Shown: one piece after another, positions 25,858 through 40,651 of the stretch | Layout: every line of letters starts with the position of its first letter | Position numbering within the stretch: the stretch's first letter is position 1 | Origin: Octopus sinensis | Taxonomy: Eukaryota | Assembly (NCBI RefSeq): GCF_006345805.1 | Contig: NC_043001.1 | Span: forward strand, 2,790,001-2,854,000 | Direction of reading: 5' to 3' | DNA: 64,000 nt | Notes under the pieces: model-generated | The model's database searches: none | The model's input: the letters and a program-made list of their open reading frames with translations, nothing else | Told to the model about the DNA's origin: nothing | Program-made: the position numbers and the translations under genes

Positions 25858-26220
25858 TATCTCTGCCTTTGCTAAGGTAGAGGTATTGTTTTCAGTCATA
25901 TTTGTTTGTCCATGGACGAGATATCTCAGGAACCACTGGATGGATTCAGACGTATCTTTCAGGGATGTTTGGCCTTGTGACTGGCATGAACGGATTAGAT
26001 TTGGGGATCAATTTGGTACCGGACAAGGATTCTGGATAATATTTCCTGTTTTTTTACTTTATTTTTGAGAGCGGTTGGATTCATTTTTAGTATTCCTGTT
26101 TGTGAGAGCAGTTGAGTTTATTTCAGATATTCTCATTTTAAAAATCATCTTGGGTTAATCATTGAGAGGACGTTGGTGCTACCTAGGTGGCGGGTTACAC
26201 TCTCTGAGTGCTCTTGTTAT
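25858..26220 (+). mobile_element. Helentron/Helitron-like non-autonomous element
   Basis: 5' hairpin CTCTGCC...GGTAGAG, GTTTGTTTGTC...ACTGGATGGATT body, 3' CACTCTCTGAGTGC; a second partial copy lies at 42411-42575. Confidence 0.5.
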
Positions 26221-26310
26221 TCTTATATCTTCTCACAGGCATTGTTCTGGCCTTGCCCAACATGTATTTATAATATCGATACATGTGTGGAACACGACTG
26301 TCACTGTATA

Positions 26311-26346
26311 AACCTGATGAAGGCATAATACATGAAAGTACTCGTT
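26311..26346 (+). ncRNA. Minimal hammerhead-like motif with decayed stem II
   Basis: AAC-CUGAUGA-(13 nt)-GAAA-GUAC-UC^GUU; palindromic AGUACU stem III and a 3-bp stem I. Confidence 0.4.
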
Positions 26347-26683
26347 CAATATTGTGAAACTGTAAATCCTAGTTGGAATATCATTGATTAATATATATAT
26401 ATATATATATATAATCAACTAAGAATCCATATGTCAGAAGAAACAGACACTTGTATATTTGTAACTTGTGAAGGTATATTCATAATTATATTACACAGTA
26501 TCATAGATCCATTTCAGATGATTTTACCAATTGGTTTCACATACTAGTAAAGTGATTACCTAAGATGGTGCTTGTCTCAGCATGATGATATCACTCAGCT
26601 ACTGGAGGCCAACAAGTATCATACCCAAATTGTAGGTGGTGCGAAAAAAATGGAACAAAAAGTATGATATATATGTATGTAAA

Positions 26684-27005
26684 GGTGCATGGCTCAGTGG
26701 TTAGAGCGTCAAGCTTATGATCATGAGGTTGTGAGTTCAATTCTGCATGTTGTGTTCTTGAGCAAGACACTTTATTTCACGTTGCTCAAGTTAACTCATC
26801 TGTAAAAATGAGTTGTGATGTCACTGGTGCCAAGCTGTATCGGCCCCTTTGCCTTTCCCTTGGATAACATCAGTGGTGTGGAGAAGAGAGTGTGGTATGC
26901 ATGGGCGACTGCTGGCCTTCCATAGACAACCTTGCCCGGACTTGTGCCTCAGAGGGTCACTTTCTAGGTGCAATCCCATGGTCATTCATGACCAAAGGGG
27001 GTCTC
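26684..27005 (+). mobile_element. tRNA-derived CORE-like SINE
   Basis: A box TGGCTCAGTGGTTAG, B box GAGTTCAATTC, then TTGAGCAAGACACTT...CTCATCTGTAAAAATG resembling the MIR CORE domain. Confidence 0.7.
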
Positions 27006-27027
27006 CACTATATGTATATATCTATAT

Positions 27028-27076
<49 letters not shown>

Positions 27077-27079
<3 letters not shown>

Positions 27080-27415
27080 TCATCATCATCATCATCATTT
27101 AACGTCTGTTTTCCATGCTAGCATGGGTTGGATGGTTCAACTGGGGTCTGGGAAACCAGAAGGCTGCACCAGGCCCAGTCTGATCTGGCAGTGTTTCTAC
27201 AGCTGGATGCCCTTCCTAATGCCAACCACTCCGAGAGTGTAGTGGGTGCTTTTTACGTGCCACCGGCACAGGTGTCAGACGAGGCTGGCAGACAGCCATG
27301 ATCGGATGGTGCTTTTTACATGCCACTGGCACGGGAACCAGACGAAGCTGGCAGCGGCCATGGTCGGATGGTGCTTTTTACGTGCCACTGGCACGGAGGC
27401 CAGTTGGGCGGCGTA
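27077..27415 (-). mobile_element. RTE-3'UTR-type short repeat with internal tandem sub-repeats
   Basis: Family motif plus three copies of GGTGCTTTTTACRTGCCACYGGCAC; a similar copy lies at 30180-30540. Confidence 0.9.
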
Positions 27416-30179
27416 AAGTATACACTATTATAGATTCCTTATAGCTGTTGCTATCAATCAGTTTAGCATCGGGTATTAACTGGTTGCTTATCTATTGATT
27501 AGGACCAAAAAAAAAAAAAACGTAAAACCAGAATATAATCCTTTTTGTTGTGAACAATAATGTGTGCAACCATAATTTTAATGTCATCAAATTAAATTTG
27601 CCTTTTATCAGATAATGTGATAAATTTAATGACTTAATTACCAGTTGAATGTGCATTCAATGCAAACAAATATGGCATGTTTTGAAACAATTGTTGACAA
27701 AGGCAAAGTTTGAACTAATCAAGTGATGGAAACTTCAGTATAATGCAAGTATATTTTCTGAGTATTATTGCACTTAAATATTACAGTATCAAAGTGTAAT
27801 GCAAACAGTGTTAATACTCATTATTTATACAGGCTCTGGTCCTTATATCAATGCAAAGATTGTGAAACAAATATTCACAAATGCAAATATGAGCAAGTAT
27901 CAAATGTAAAACTACGAAGAAATATGCATTGACCAAACTGGAAATTCAGTATTAGAATGCACGTGAATACATTGGCAGCAGAATCGAGGCCCTCAGAGCA
28001 GATGGATCCCTTTAAGTACTCAATTAGAAATGTGGCAATAAAAATCTCTTGATATTTCCAGTTTATAAACTTTATACTTTGAGTGACATTAAAAGAAAAA
28101 AGACATAAAGAAAGAAAAATTAGTTGAGAGTTTCAAACTATTTATGAATAAACAGTAATATTGATTAAGTTTGACTTGAATTTAGTTTTATTTGAAAATA
28201 AACTTCATTTAAAAATAAATCAATGTCATGTTGCAAGAATTATCTCTTTTAACTATTCGGTAATGCCACTGATGTTTGGCATAAATGAATAAATATACTT
28301 TTTAAATATTTACCCAGATAGAATGACCGTGTAAATATTAACCTGGATACCCGAAATGAACTGTTATTATATAAAAGGTCATTATGAGGAGTGATTCAAA
28401 ATAATATGACAGTAATTGGGTAAATATAAAAATCAGGAAAAAATTTGTAAAAATCTCATTATGTTCGTGTTTAATATGTGTATGTGTCTCTAGATATATG
28501 TATACGCATATATGTATATATGTCTATGTATGTAAGTATGAGATGAACACATACACACACATGTATATGTGCAGGTGTACTTGAATATTTACATTCTGTG
28601 CTCTCCAAAAAGTTACAAGGCTATAAACGGTGACGTTTGTTGACCTTTCTCTGTTGACAAATCATCTGATAGCTCTGCGCTTTCAAAGATGGGTGGAATA
28701 GAAACACCTTAACTCGTAAAACATGCAAATATACACAACAGAAATAACAGCCAGCCATAAAAACAATGCTTTTTATCAATCATATTTCTGTTCATCGATA
28801 TTTTCTTTTGGTATTCATTCCAGAACATACCTCCATCTAGATGTCTATAGGTAACTAGCAGCTAAGCCTGGTTTCACCTGGTTGGTTTGGATGATGTGGC
28901 TGTAAAACCTGCTCTGTGTAAGCATTCGACTTGTTTAGGCACACTTACATTAAAAAACAATTTTAGAATGACTTTTTTCTGTTAAAATGCTAAAAATAAC
29001 TTTCCAACACAAAAAAAACCCCAAGAGTCAACCAAATCAAAAAATAAACCCAAATACTAAGTGAACAAAGATAAATCATCCCCCTTTACATACACACATA
29101 TTCACACAGAGTTGAAATGCTGTCTGATTTACATTTTTCACCGTACAATTTTCACCCAGTATGACATCACCTCTTCTTTCCATATTCATCTATCACCTCT
29201 TCCTTTCTCATTCATAAACACAAGAGTATTATTATAGTAGATTATCTCGGTAACCATGGGAGCTATGAAAAAATACAATGCTCAGCATCACCACCGGATC
29301 ATTCTACACATCTGTGTAATTTTTCAGGCAATTCCACCCAGCTGTTTGACCGTGAATCCCAAGACAAGAAAGAATCACCCATGTCAAATTTATATGTATA
29401 GATTTTTATAGAAATTACTAAAGAAGACCAGGAATTATTTAATTATATTTTATTGGACTTTTGTGTGCGTCACCAGCCATGTTTCTTTTCATTGATCACA
29501 TGATGTCCAATTCCTATTTCTTTCCTGAAATAACTTTTTTAAAAACTTCATGAAAACTTAGGGATGTTTTACCTGGTTTAGCTGCATTATTTCTAAGAAA
29601 ATCATGATCCCTCTACACCCTTTCACACAGTGACTCCTATAGGGCACCCTCAACATTTTCCACCCTCTTCTGAGCTCACAAGGTCCAAAAGAAGGTGCTA
29701 CAAATCAGGCCAAAAATCATTGCATCAGGGTTCCTTACACCCCAATTGCTACCCCTATCACAGTTCTATCATGTCATGAACAGAACATTTACCAAATGGT
29801 AGCATTTTCTATTTACTATATATTATTAGTAGAGTCACTTAATAAGAAATGATGATAACGATGATGACGATGATGATGACAATGATAAACTATAAAATAC
29901 AAAAACAGCATAAATATAGAATTTCTTTCAATAAGTGCTAAATATGAACTCTTTTTATTATAGCATAATTTTGGTGAAGCAGTCACTGCTGAGGATTGAA
30001 ACCAGGTTGCTTTCTTTACTCAGGAATTCTTCACTACCGCATTAGGTTTTCTACATACATCTTCCTTGCCATCATCTTTTAATATTATTCACGCTTGCAT
30101 GCGTTGGACAGATCTCATGCAGCACAGCATCTGCTACCTGTTGCTGCCACTAATTATCTATGGAGTTTAGCACCACCAC

Positions 30180-30210
<31 letters not shown>

Positions 30211-31389
30211 GTTTAACGTCTGTTTTCCATGCTGGCATGGGTTGAACGGTTTGACTGGGGTCTGGGAAGCCAGGAGGCTGCACCAGGCTCCAATATGATC
30301 TGGCAGTGTTTCTACAGCTGGATGCCCTTCCTAACTCCAACCACCCTGTGAGTGTAGTGGATGCTTTTTATGTGCCACCAGCACAGGGGCCAGAGCAGGC
30401 TGGAAAACAGCCACGATCGGTTGGTGCTTTTACATGTCACCAACACGGATGCCAGTCAGGCGGCACTGGCATCTGCCATGTTTGGACGGTGCTTTTTACA
30501 TGTCACCGGCACGGGTATCTTGTGTCACCGGCACCACCCTACATAATAAAATAATATAGGTGTGTGTATGTGTGTGTTTATACACACGCACACACACACA
30601 TATAAACTTTTACTAGGAAAAATTTGACAGTGGAATCTAACTGTTGTGAGGAAAAAAATGGTAAACCAAACTTTGAAGTTACTGTCAACATTTAGTAAAT
30701 ATGTACTTTACTAAAACGTATGGAGTGTTTCTTCAGTTTCTTGTTAAATTGTTTTTACAACTTCATATAAAGAACATGAAACGTACATTAAACCACATAT
30801 ACATACATGGACATATGTATACGTGTGCGTCTGTCTGTGTGTCTGTGTGTGTATTCTATAAATGAATATAAAATAGCTTGTAGTAACGCATAAATTTGTC
30901 TGTAATTGATGTACATTCCTGTTATTTATTCAAATATCTTTGAGGCTGATCTATTTTCATGCGAAATATATAAACAAACCTCTCTGTGTAGGTTGACCGC
31001 ATCAAATCTGACACTCCATAATCTGGTTTGACTGTTATATTGGACATAATTTTGTCTGGCATAGATTTAGGGGAGAGAACAAAGCTGAAATTACTGTTAC
31101 AAGCAGCATTCGAAGATAAAGATTCATCCGCTATGTGGCAAAATATAGTCAGCTGACAAAGAAATATTTGCAGATATTTCTTGATGAGTTCAAAGAGTTT
31201 GTTTTATATATATAAGATATTTCACCTATGTATTTCACCTGTGTATTTCAATAAATTTCTTTTGTTTTATTTTATTCCTCATCTTGTGCAATTTCTTGAA
31301 GTCTACCTTGTGCTAAGCATTCAGGTGAGATTTCTTATCTTTCTTTTTCCTTTGTTATTTTAATCTTTGAATCAGGAAAGAAAACAAGT

Positions 31390-31545
31390 GGCTAGGTGGT
31401 AAGAAGTTTGCTCTCCAACCATATGGTTCCGGGTTCAGTCCCATTGTGACACCTCGGGCAAGTGTCTTTTACTACAGCTTTGGGCCAACCAAAACCTTAT
31501 GAGTGGATTTGGTAGACGGAAACTGAAAGAAGCCCATTGTATATG
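31390..31545 (+). mobile_element. tRNA-derived SINE (family ending GGAAACTGAAAGAAGCCC)
   Basis: GGTGGTAAGAAGTTTGC...GGTTCCGGGTTCAGTCCC head; relatives at 1-130, 43940-44100, 44880-45040 and 58390-58530. Confidence 0.8.
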
Positions 31546-32307
31546 TGTGTGTGTGTGTGCGTGTGTATTTGTGTTTGTATGTGTGTCTAGAAGGCCATGA
31601 CTGGAATTGAACTCAGAACTCAAAGAACCAGAACCGATGCTACAAGGCATCCAGTCTGACATTCTTACCGTTCCCCTCCTCCAATGACCTGAATAGGCAC
31701 GCTTTTATCGATCCTTGAAGAACAAAAGACAAAATGGACCTCAAACGAATGCCACAAAATGTTCTGCTTAATGGTTCCGTTAATGGTTCTTTTCATCACA
31801 TCATTCCCAGAGACCTTGAAAATTGTTGTGGAGCATTTTCTGAATAAACCTAAATTCTAAATTAATTACAGAAGTAAGAAAGGTAAAGAATTAAGACATG
31901 TCTGCATGGTTAAGACGTTTGGTTTGCAAGCACAATGGTTTTCAGTTCAATCCTATGACACAGCACCATTGTGACTGTAGCACCTTCTTCTCTAACCCTG
32001 AACCAATCGTTTTTGTGAGTGAATTAGGCACAGGAAAACTGTGCACAATTTAATCTTAAATATATCCTTCTATCTATACATATATACACACCTTTACTTT
32101 CCTTATATTCTTATCAAGGATTTACATCCAAAATGTTAAAACTCTTTCCTTTTCTTTTTAAGTATTAAACGAATAAATTATTAAAACTTATCCCACCTGA
32201 GTTGCCTTTTTCCATTTTGGTTTTGTTGTTCATGGCCTTCACAATATACACACTCACTCACAGATACATTTATACCTATATATAATTGTGTGTATGTATA
32301 TGGATGA

Positions 32308-32339
<32 letters not shown>

Positions 32340-33309
32340 TTATATGAGTATGTATACATATATTTGTATATGTGTCTGTCTCTTGGTACCTGTATTTTCG
32401 TTTGCATCAGTTTATGGAAGAATAAAAAAGAGAATAACAGAATGAGTAGCAGAATTAAAAAAGAAGCACTTGAGGCAATCAAATCAATTAAAAGAAAAAG
32501 GATTTTGAAGCAGTGCTACAGTATGGCCACAGTCCAGTGAGTGAAACAAGTAAAAGACTGAAGGAATTCAAAGAATTTCTTTTTCAGTGGAGACTAAAGA
32601 TTTATGAATCTATTTTTATTCCGTCCGTAGACTGTTGCAGCACATACAAATAGACACCATGTCGGGGAAGTCTACAAGGTCGCTGACGAAATTCCACTTC
32701 TAGTGGCGCATTCTCGAATGGGAAACTAACGAATCTGAGCCGGGCATAATATTTTTATTTTCTCCCAAATTTGCAACAACAACGACAACAACAGCTTTCA
32801 ACAAAAATGAAAGCAACAATAACATAATCAACCACAAACAACAACACACTTTTATTTCATTATCACTGCTGAATACAAAACAAAACTTGCAATGTCTATA
32901 TTGATCAAATAATTGCTACACAAGAATTTCAAAATGTAATTATTGAATCATGGGACTGAAATGCTTATATTTCCTTTGTTTGTAGTTTTTTTTTTCCTTT
33001 TTTTTTATTCTCTTCAGTTTCATTCATTTGTCTATTTACTTATTTCTTATAATTCTTATCATTTATTACCTTGCAGTTCTAATTCAACATTGTCAAGCCG
33101 ATTCCAATGTTCCATAGATGCAACAATGCTCTTGCTATGATAGCACAATGTCTCCAGTTCCTTATAGGATTCTACCCATGAATGATTCCTTGTCTAAAAG
33201 AGATCCTGAAGGCGAAATCAATATAGTCATATATACATAAAAAAAAGCCATACATGCAACCCTCCCCATACACACACACTCACTATATATATGTGTGTGT
33301 GATTGTGCA

Positions 33310-33600
<291 letters not shown>

Positions 33601-33879
33601 TGGGGATTGATATCAAAACAGGAGATTGGAAAAACGTTATTGCTATTATTTATTCGCTATTATACATGTTTTCATTTGTTAATGGAAGTTACAAAATATC
33701 GTGCAATGTAGGAGAACCATGCAAGACATCTCGTACTAGAAATTCTTCAGACAGAGAATCGAATAATATTCTTATACATGCCCCACACAAATATAACCTC
33801 TATGTACGACTTTGGTGTAGACTGGAATAGACAGATGTGCATTAAAAGGACATGACTAGAATTTTAACCCTTTCTACAT

Positions 33880-34070
<191 letters not shown>

Positions 34071-35039
34071 ATACATACATACATGCATACATATATACAC
34101 ACATGCATGCATACATACATGCATGCATATATACATAGACTCATGGATGTGTACATATGTTTCATATAAATATTTGTAGCTGTGCATATACACTCATACC
34201 CATGCTAATTTAAATATGTCTGTTAGTATAAATAGACATCTCTGTTGCTGTGTTGGTGTGTTTATGTCCCTGTATCTTAGCAGTTTGGCAAAAGAGACTG
34301 ATGGAATAAGTACCAGACTTACAAAAAGAGTCCTGGGGTTGTTTCCCTTGACTAAAAATTCTTAAGTGTGGTGCTGCAGCATGGCCTAAATCAAAAGATA
34401 AGATTTAAACTTCTCCAAGTTGTTGTTGGAGTAGCCACATAAGTGGAGTCAAGAGCGACATGTTTGGATTGGCCTCAAGTCGTATAAGTTGTAATAATTA
34501 TTTTTTCTTGTTTTTTTTCTACTCTAGGCACAAGGCCCCAAATTTTGGGGGGCGGGGGCTAGTCGCTTAGATCGACTCCAGTACGCAACTGGTACTTATT
34601 CTATCGACCCCAAAAGGATGAAAGGCAAAGATGACCTTGGCGGAATTTGAACTCAGAATGTAAAGGGAGATGATATACCACTAAGCATTTTGCCCAGCAT
34701 GCAGAATCGTATTCTGCCAGCTTTCCACCTTGTATAAGTTGTAATAAGGAAGTCAAACTGATGCAGCACAATTCTTGCTGAGAGAGCAAAGCTAGCAAGG
34801 TTTGAACGATGGATTAAACAATACCAGCAAAATGGATCGTTTAGAATTGACCAAAAAAGGAGCAGAGTCTCTGGTCATGGCATCTGATGAGATGGGGGCA
34901 TCCTACATGCTCATGAAGCTTCAAGTTATGTAGAGGTGTGCTAAACTGTTATCAACTTTTGATTTCATACATTTTAGGTTTGTGCTACATATTACAGGAA
35001 ACCATCCACAGCTAAAGAATTTCAAAATATCTCAGTCTA

Positions 35040-35080
<41 letters not shown>

Positions 35081-35095
35081 CTATCTATCTATCTA

Positions 35096-35128
<33 letters not shown>

Positions 35129-36598
35129 ACACACACACACACACAAAATCTGAATGTACATATGTATGTGTGTGTAATTAATAAGATTTATCCTTTTGAG
35201 GAAGTGGTGAGGAACAATTCACCTGCAATTGTAGCAGAGCAGTTATCGCGAAGGCAGTTTTTATGGATATTTGAGAAAAAGAAAAGCAATTTCAAAGATG
35301 GATGGCTAACAACATAAGAATCCGAAATAATAGCAAGAGGAGCAAGAGAGTAAGCCATAGTGAAGGCTTCTATTGTTTGCAAATTACCACCAGTCACAAT
35401 CTTGACATTAACCAGAAGCAAATAAAATCATCCCCAACTTCAGAATTATTACAATCAAGAGCCGACAACAACTAAAAGGCTGAAGTCTCTACTTTTATAT
35501 CATAAGACTGACTGGAAGCTAGGAGCAGTTGTAATATCTTGCCATTGTCTTGTGTGACAGAGAGGAGAAATAGAATGGAGAAGATGGTAAACTATTGAGA
35601 AGAAAAACAGGAAAAGTCAAATACAGTAATGCCAAAGTTGAATACAAAATTCTTTGCTTTGGCATGAATGGTTGAAATTCATGCCACAGAGAAATGCTTC
35701 TCAATCATTTATGCTTATGAACCCTTTTGATTACCAATTTAATTCAGGTCATCCTTTATACCCATAAAAGGTCCTAAAATACTTTTGTAATTAGATATTA
35801 TGAAATGTATTCCAGAAAATTGCTAAAACATTTTGTGTATTGTAGAATTATTAATAAAGATTTGCACAAAATTTCTTAACACCAAAATCTTCAATACTCC
35901 TTATATACACCATATATGCAACCCAAGGGTCTAGAGGAAATGGGAATCGTCTTCCTCAAAGAATTCCATGATTCTTGCAAACACAGTAAGAAGATAACAA
36001 CAGTGATGTTAATAGTGACTTACAGTAGAATAATTCCTGCCTTTTACTGTAGAGTGGGGAGTTTATGTATGTTTGGGCAGACATAAGCAATTAGCTTGTC
36101 AGAAATATTCTTTTCATTAATGAAATTTTTCATATTTTAAATACTTCAGATGTGACAATTGTTCACCAATTCCTGTGTTAGCCACTGGCAATTGCACTAG
36201 TTTTCAGAAACATATCTTATTTTATAACAGCGATCCATTTCAAATATGGACAGTTTGTCTCTTAAGAATGAAGAAAAATAGAATGTGATTAAAAATGGTT
36301 AAGCAACACCTGAGCTCCAACAGTGTAAATATACAAAAACAATTAGAACGTTTTGAACAGCATGGGGCAAGAAGACAGTTTGTATGGCTACATTGCGAGA
36401 GATAGAAACTCTTGTTATTTTCAATATCACATCATATAACAATCAGATTTGAAGATTTAAATAATGTGTTTAATGCTTTGAGTAAAGAATGAAGAAACCT
36501 GTTGCTTATTGTATTATTGTGATAGAATCTTTTAGTTGACAATGGGTTTATTAATATCTCTTGCACTGCTGCTGTGTTTATTTCTCTGTATGGGACAA

Positions 36599-36648
<50 letters not shown>

Positions 36649-37722
36649 ACACACTTACTTAGTCATTGTGACGACTCAGGCAACTGAGCTTCTTAGCATA
36701 TTTGATTCTTCTCTCAGTAAAGAATCACAACAATCAACAAAAGTTTTCCTGTTTTTCTTAGACTTGTTTTATAATAATTCGATCACAGTTTCTCCAGTTC
36801 TTGAGTTATTCCAGAATTATCCAATTTGTTCCTCTGCTGAGAACCATGCTTAAACCACAGAAACAATAGTGGTGCAGTTCTTTTCAATAAAAGGTTAATA
36901 GTCTTTTCTACTTGAGGCACAAGGCCCGAAATTTTTAGGGAGAGGGGGCCAGTCGATTAGATCGACCCCAGAACGCAACTGGTACTTAATAAATCAACCT
37001 CAAAAGGATGAAAGTCAAAGTCAACCCTGCCGGAATTTGAACTCAGAACATAAAGAGGGTTGTAAGCATTTTGCCTGGTGTGCTAACGTTTCTGCCATCT
37101 CCTTCTGTCTTAATAAAAGCTTAATACTGAACATGTCATCATCTTTCAAAGATATTCTCATTAAATTGTACATAAATTACAATTGCTAACCAGTAGTTAA
37201 AAAATGCTCAACAAGAAAAAAGGAAAAATGATGGATGTGTTTGTAAGTATTCCCTAATTCAGATCATTTGGTTAAAATTGCAAAGCAATGCTTTATTTTT
37301 CACAACTTCTGGTACCATTAATGTAAAGAGATGCATGTTCTGTAATAGAACAAATGATATTTGTTGTTAATATTGTTATCCTTTCAATTCCAAATATATT
37401 TGGAAAGTAGAGTTGTGAGTCATTTACAAAGATGTTTTATTATATAATTATGTTGAGAGAATCATTTTTAAAAGAATTTTCATTGAACTTTATATCATTT
37501 TCCACTTCCTTCTTAAATCTACTAGATTATTCACAAATCAATCAAGACTTAATTATTTATATCTCCACAAGTTTTGCCTATTTTTGTTTCTGTATTGCCA
37601 TGCTGTTACTCATCATTATACTTTTCTGAGCATTTTGAAATGTGCGACTCAAACATACAATTCAACAAACAGCAGCTTCTAATAATATGTGTGTGCACGT
37701 GTGTGTATGTGCATGTACTTTC

Positions 37723-37791
<69 letters not shown>

Positions 37792-37800
37792 TATATATAT

Positions 37801-38095
37801 GTGGAGGTGCAATGGCCTAGAGGTTAGGGTAGCAGACTTGTGGTCGTAGGATCGCGGTTTCGATTCCCAGACCGGGCGTTGTGAGTGTTTATTGAGCGAA
37901 AACACCTAAAGCTCCACGAGGCTCTGACAGGGGGTTGTGATCCCTGCTGTACTCTTTCACCACTCTTTCTTCTGTTGGCCTGCTCGCTTAGCCAGCGGGG
38001 TGGCATCATTCGAAGGCTAAAACAATGCGAACGCATTGTGACCAGCGATGTGTAGCAACATCTGATACCTGGTCGGTCACAGTGATCATGGTGAT
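37801..38095 (+). mobile_element. CpG-rich tRNA-derived SINE inserted in (TA)n
   Basis: A-box-like TGGCCTAGAGGTTAG, B-box-like GGTTTCGATTCCC, GC-rich body, TA runs on both sides. Confidence 0.75.
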
Positions 38096-38490
38096 ATATA
38101 TATATATATATATATATCAGTGAAAGATCCCATAAATGTTTGTCCTCTCATTGCTTTTGTTGTGCACAGCATCCTCGGATACAATATCCATCACGTCTTC
38201 TTTTTAACTCTATAACATTGAGCCATTCAATCTGCCAAAATATATTGCTTATTGTACTTTTTCAGCTGATTTACAGTGCTAGCAATGTCTTTGCTACATA
38301 ATAATCATATATATATATATATATATATATATGCTGTGCTTTTCAAAGGAAAGGTTGACAGTGACGTTGCATATGAAAGTTTAATAAATATGTCCTCTGC
38401 TAAAAGTATTGAGTAATTCTTCAGTATGATGCAAAAATTGTTTTTTATATATAAAACTTGACATAACAAGAAGCCTTTATATATATATAT

Positions 38491-38552
<62 letters not shown>

Positions 38553-38642
38553 ATGTATATATATATATATATATATCTTATTCAGCAGTAATAACCAGAC
38601 ATTATGGATGCTTGCATGCCATAATGTTGTTCAAATATAAAG

Positions 38643-38680
<38 letters not shown>

Positions 38681-39387
38681 AGTGAAGCCTATTGAAGGAT
38701 ATAATAGAAAAAAAGAAACGGAATGAAAAAAGGAAGAAGGACAGTAAAGAAATTGGAGAGGGTCTGAAGGATAGAAAAGGCAAAATTAAGGGAAAATAAG
38801 GAAAGAAGACAAAAAAGTTTGAAAATATTTAATAAATGAAAAGCATGAATGTGAGAGGAAAAAGTAAGAAAGATGAAAACTAAAGAAAGAAAATATTGAA
38901 AAAGAGAAAGAAATCTAAAGGTAAATGGTTAGCAAGATGGGAATGGAATAATAGGAAGGAAATGAAAAAGAAGAAAGAGGAGAGAAGAATTTTAAAAATG
39001 TAAAAGGAAGAATGGTACAAAGGTAAAAGTGAAGGGAATTTAGAAAGGCAAAAATGTAAATAATAAAAATAATTATGTAGAAATAAAAAAAAAGCTAAAA
39101 AAAGGTATATAAGCTAAAATGAATTTATTCAGATTTTAAGAAAACGGAAATACAAGGGAGAATTAAGGAAAAATCTGTGTTTATATATTTTCTATGTATT
39201 TTGTTTTGTGGAATTTTGGCCTTAACTAATATTGAGAGAGAGATGGTGCTTTTTGTACTTTTTCCCCTTCTGTATATGCACACACACACATACTTACACA
39301 CATGCAGAATTTTACACACACACACATGTGTAAATAGATAAATAGATAGAGAGATAGATGTAAATATATGAGTGTATATACATATAT

Positions 39388-39444
<57 letters not shown>

Positions 39445-39877
39445 TGTGTATGGGTGTGTTTGTCTAAAAATTAACATGCTAATGCACAAATATGCATGTA
39501 ATTGTACATTTAAATCACTAACAGACACACAAAAGCATGCAATAATGTATATATATATATTGTATATATATACATATATATATATAATATATATATCAAT
39601 ATTCATTCATTATTTATAAATCTATCTCTTCCTCTTTAATTTCTCTCACTTATAAACATACACCACTCTCTATCCTTTCACCTATTCATACATAATTTTT
39701 ATATACTTACATACATATGCACACACACACACACACACATATATACATTGCATATACAGACATGCACACATGCGTATTCACATATACAAATGTATATACA
39801 TATATATAGATAGATATAGATACATACATACACACACCCAATATATATATGCATGAATGCATATGTATATATATGTA

Positions 39878-39915
<38 letters not shown>

Positions 39916-40526
39916 CTCACACACATACAAACATACATAAACGTATATTATAATATATATATATGAAGTATAAATTTAACAATTCTCTATGTATTTAGAA
40001 CTACCAGAATCAAGTATCTTTCGCTGTAAACTAAAATCCAAAAGAGAACAACAATTTTCGTAAAATCATTGGCTCCATACAACTCGTCTTCTGAAAACAT
40101 TGTCTCTAGAAATATTTCCAATTTAAGAGAAAAAAATTGACCACAATTCAAAAATAATAGAATAATTTATATATTTATATTATATATATTAGATATATAT
40201 ATATATATAATATATGTACACACACAAACACACACAGACTCACAGACACACACAATATATATAGGTGTGTGTGCATGTGTGTTTGTTGTTGTATGTATAT
40301 ATACATACATGAATTGAATTGAAATGATTGCATATGTGTGTATATTTAAATATATATCTATACATATATAGTTTTATATACATATTTATAAATATATACA
40401 TATATATGTATATATCTCATCATCATCGGACGCTAATGTATATATAATATATACATTATATATATATATATATATTATATATATATGTGTGTATATATTA
40501 TATATGTATATATATGTATATATATA

Positions 40527-40560
<34 letters not shown>

Positions 40561-40592
40561 ATACTTATATTATATATGTATATCATATATAT

Positions 40593-40651
<59 letters not shown>

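Noticed and set aside
34805-34870. Possible Tc1/mariner HTH fragment (RWIKQYQQNGS)
   Set aside because: Too short, with no TIRs or further transposase motifs nearby.
34880-34925. Hammerhead-like CTGATGA-GATG/CATC
   Set aside because: The stem is not followed by GAAA.
37801-37880. Functional tRNA gene (also 26684-26760 and 1570-1645)
   Set aside because: No complete cloverleaf or poly-T terminator; each runs straight into a SINE body.
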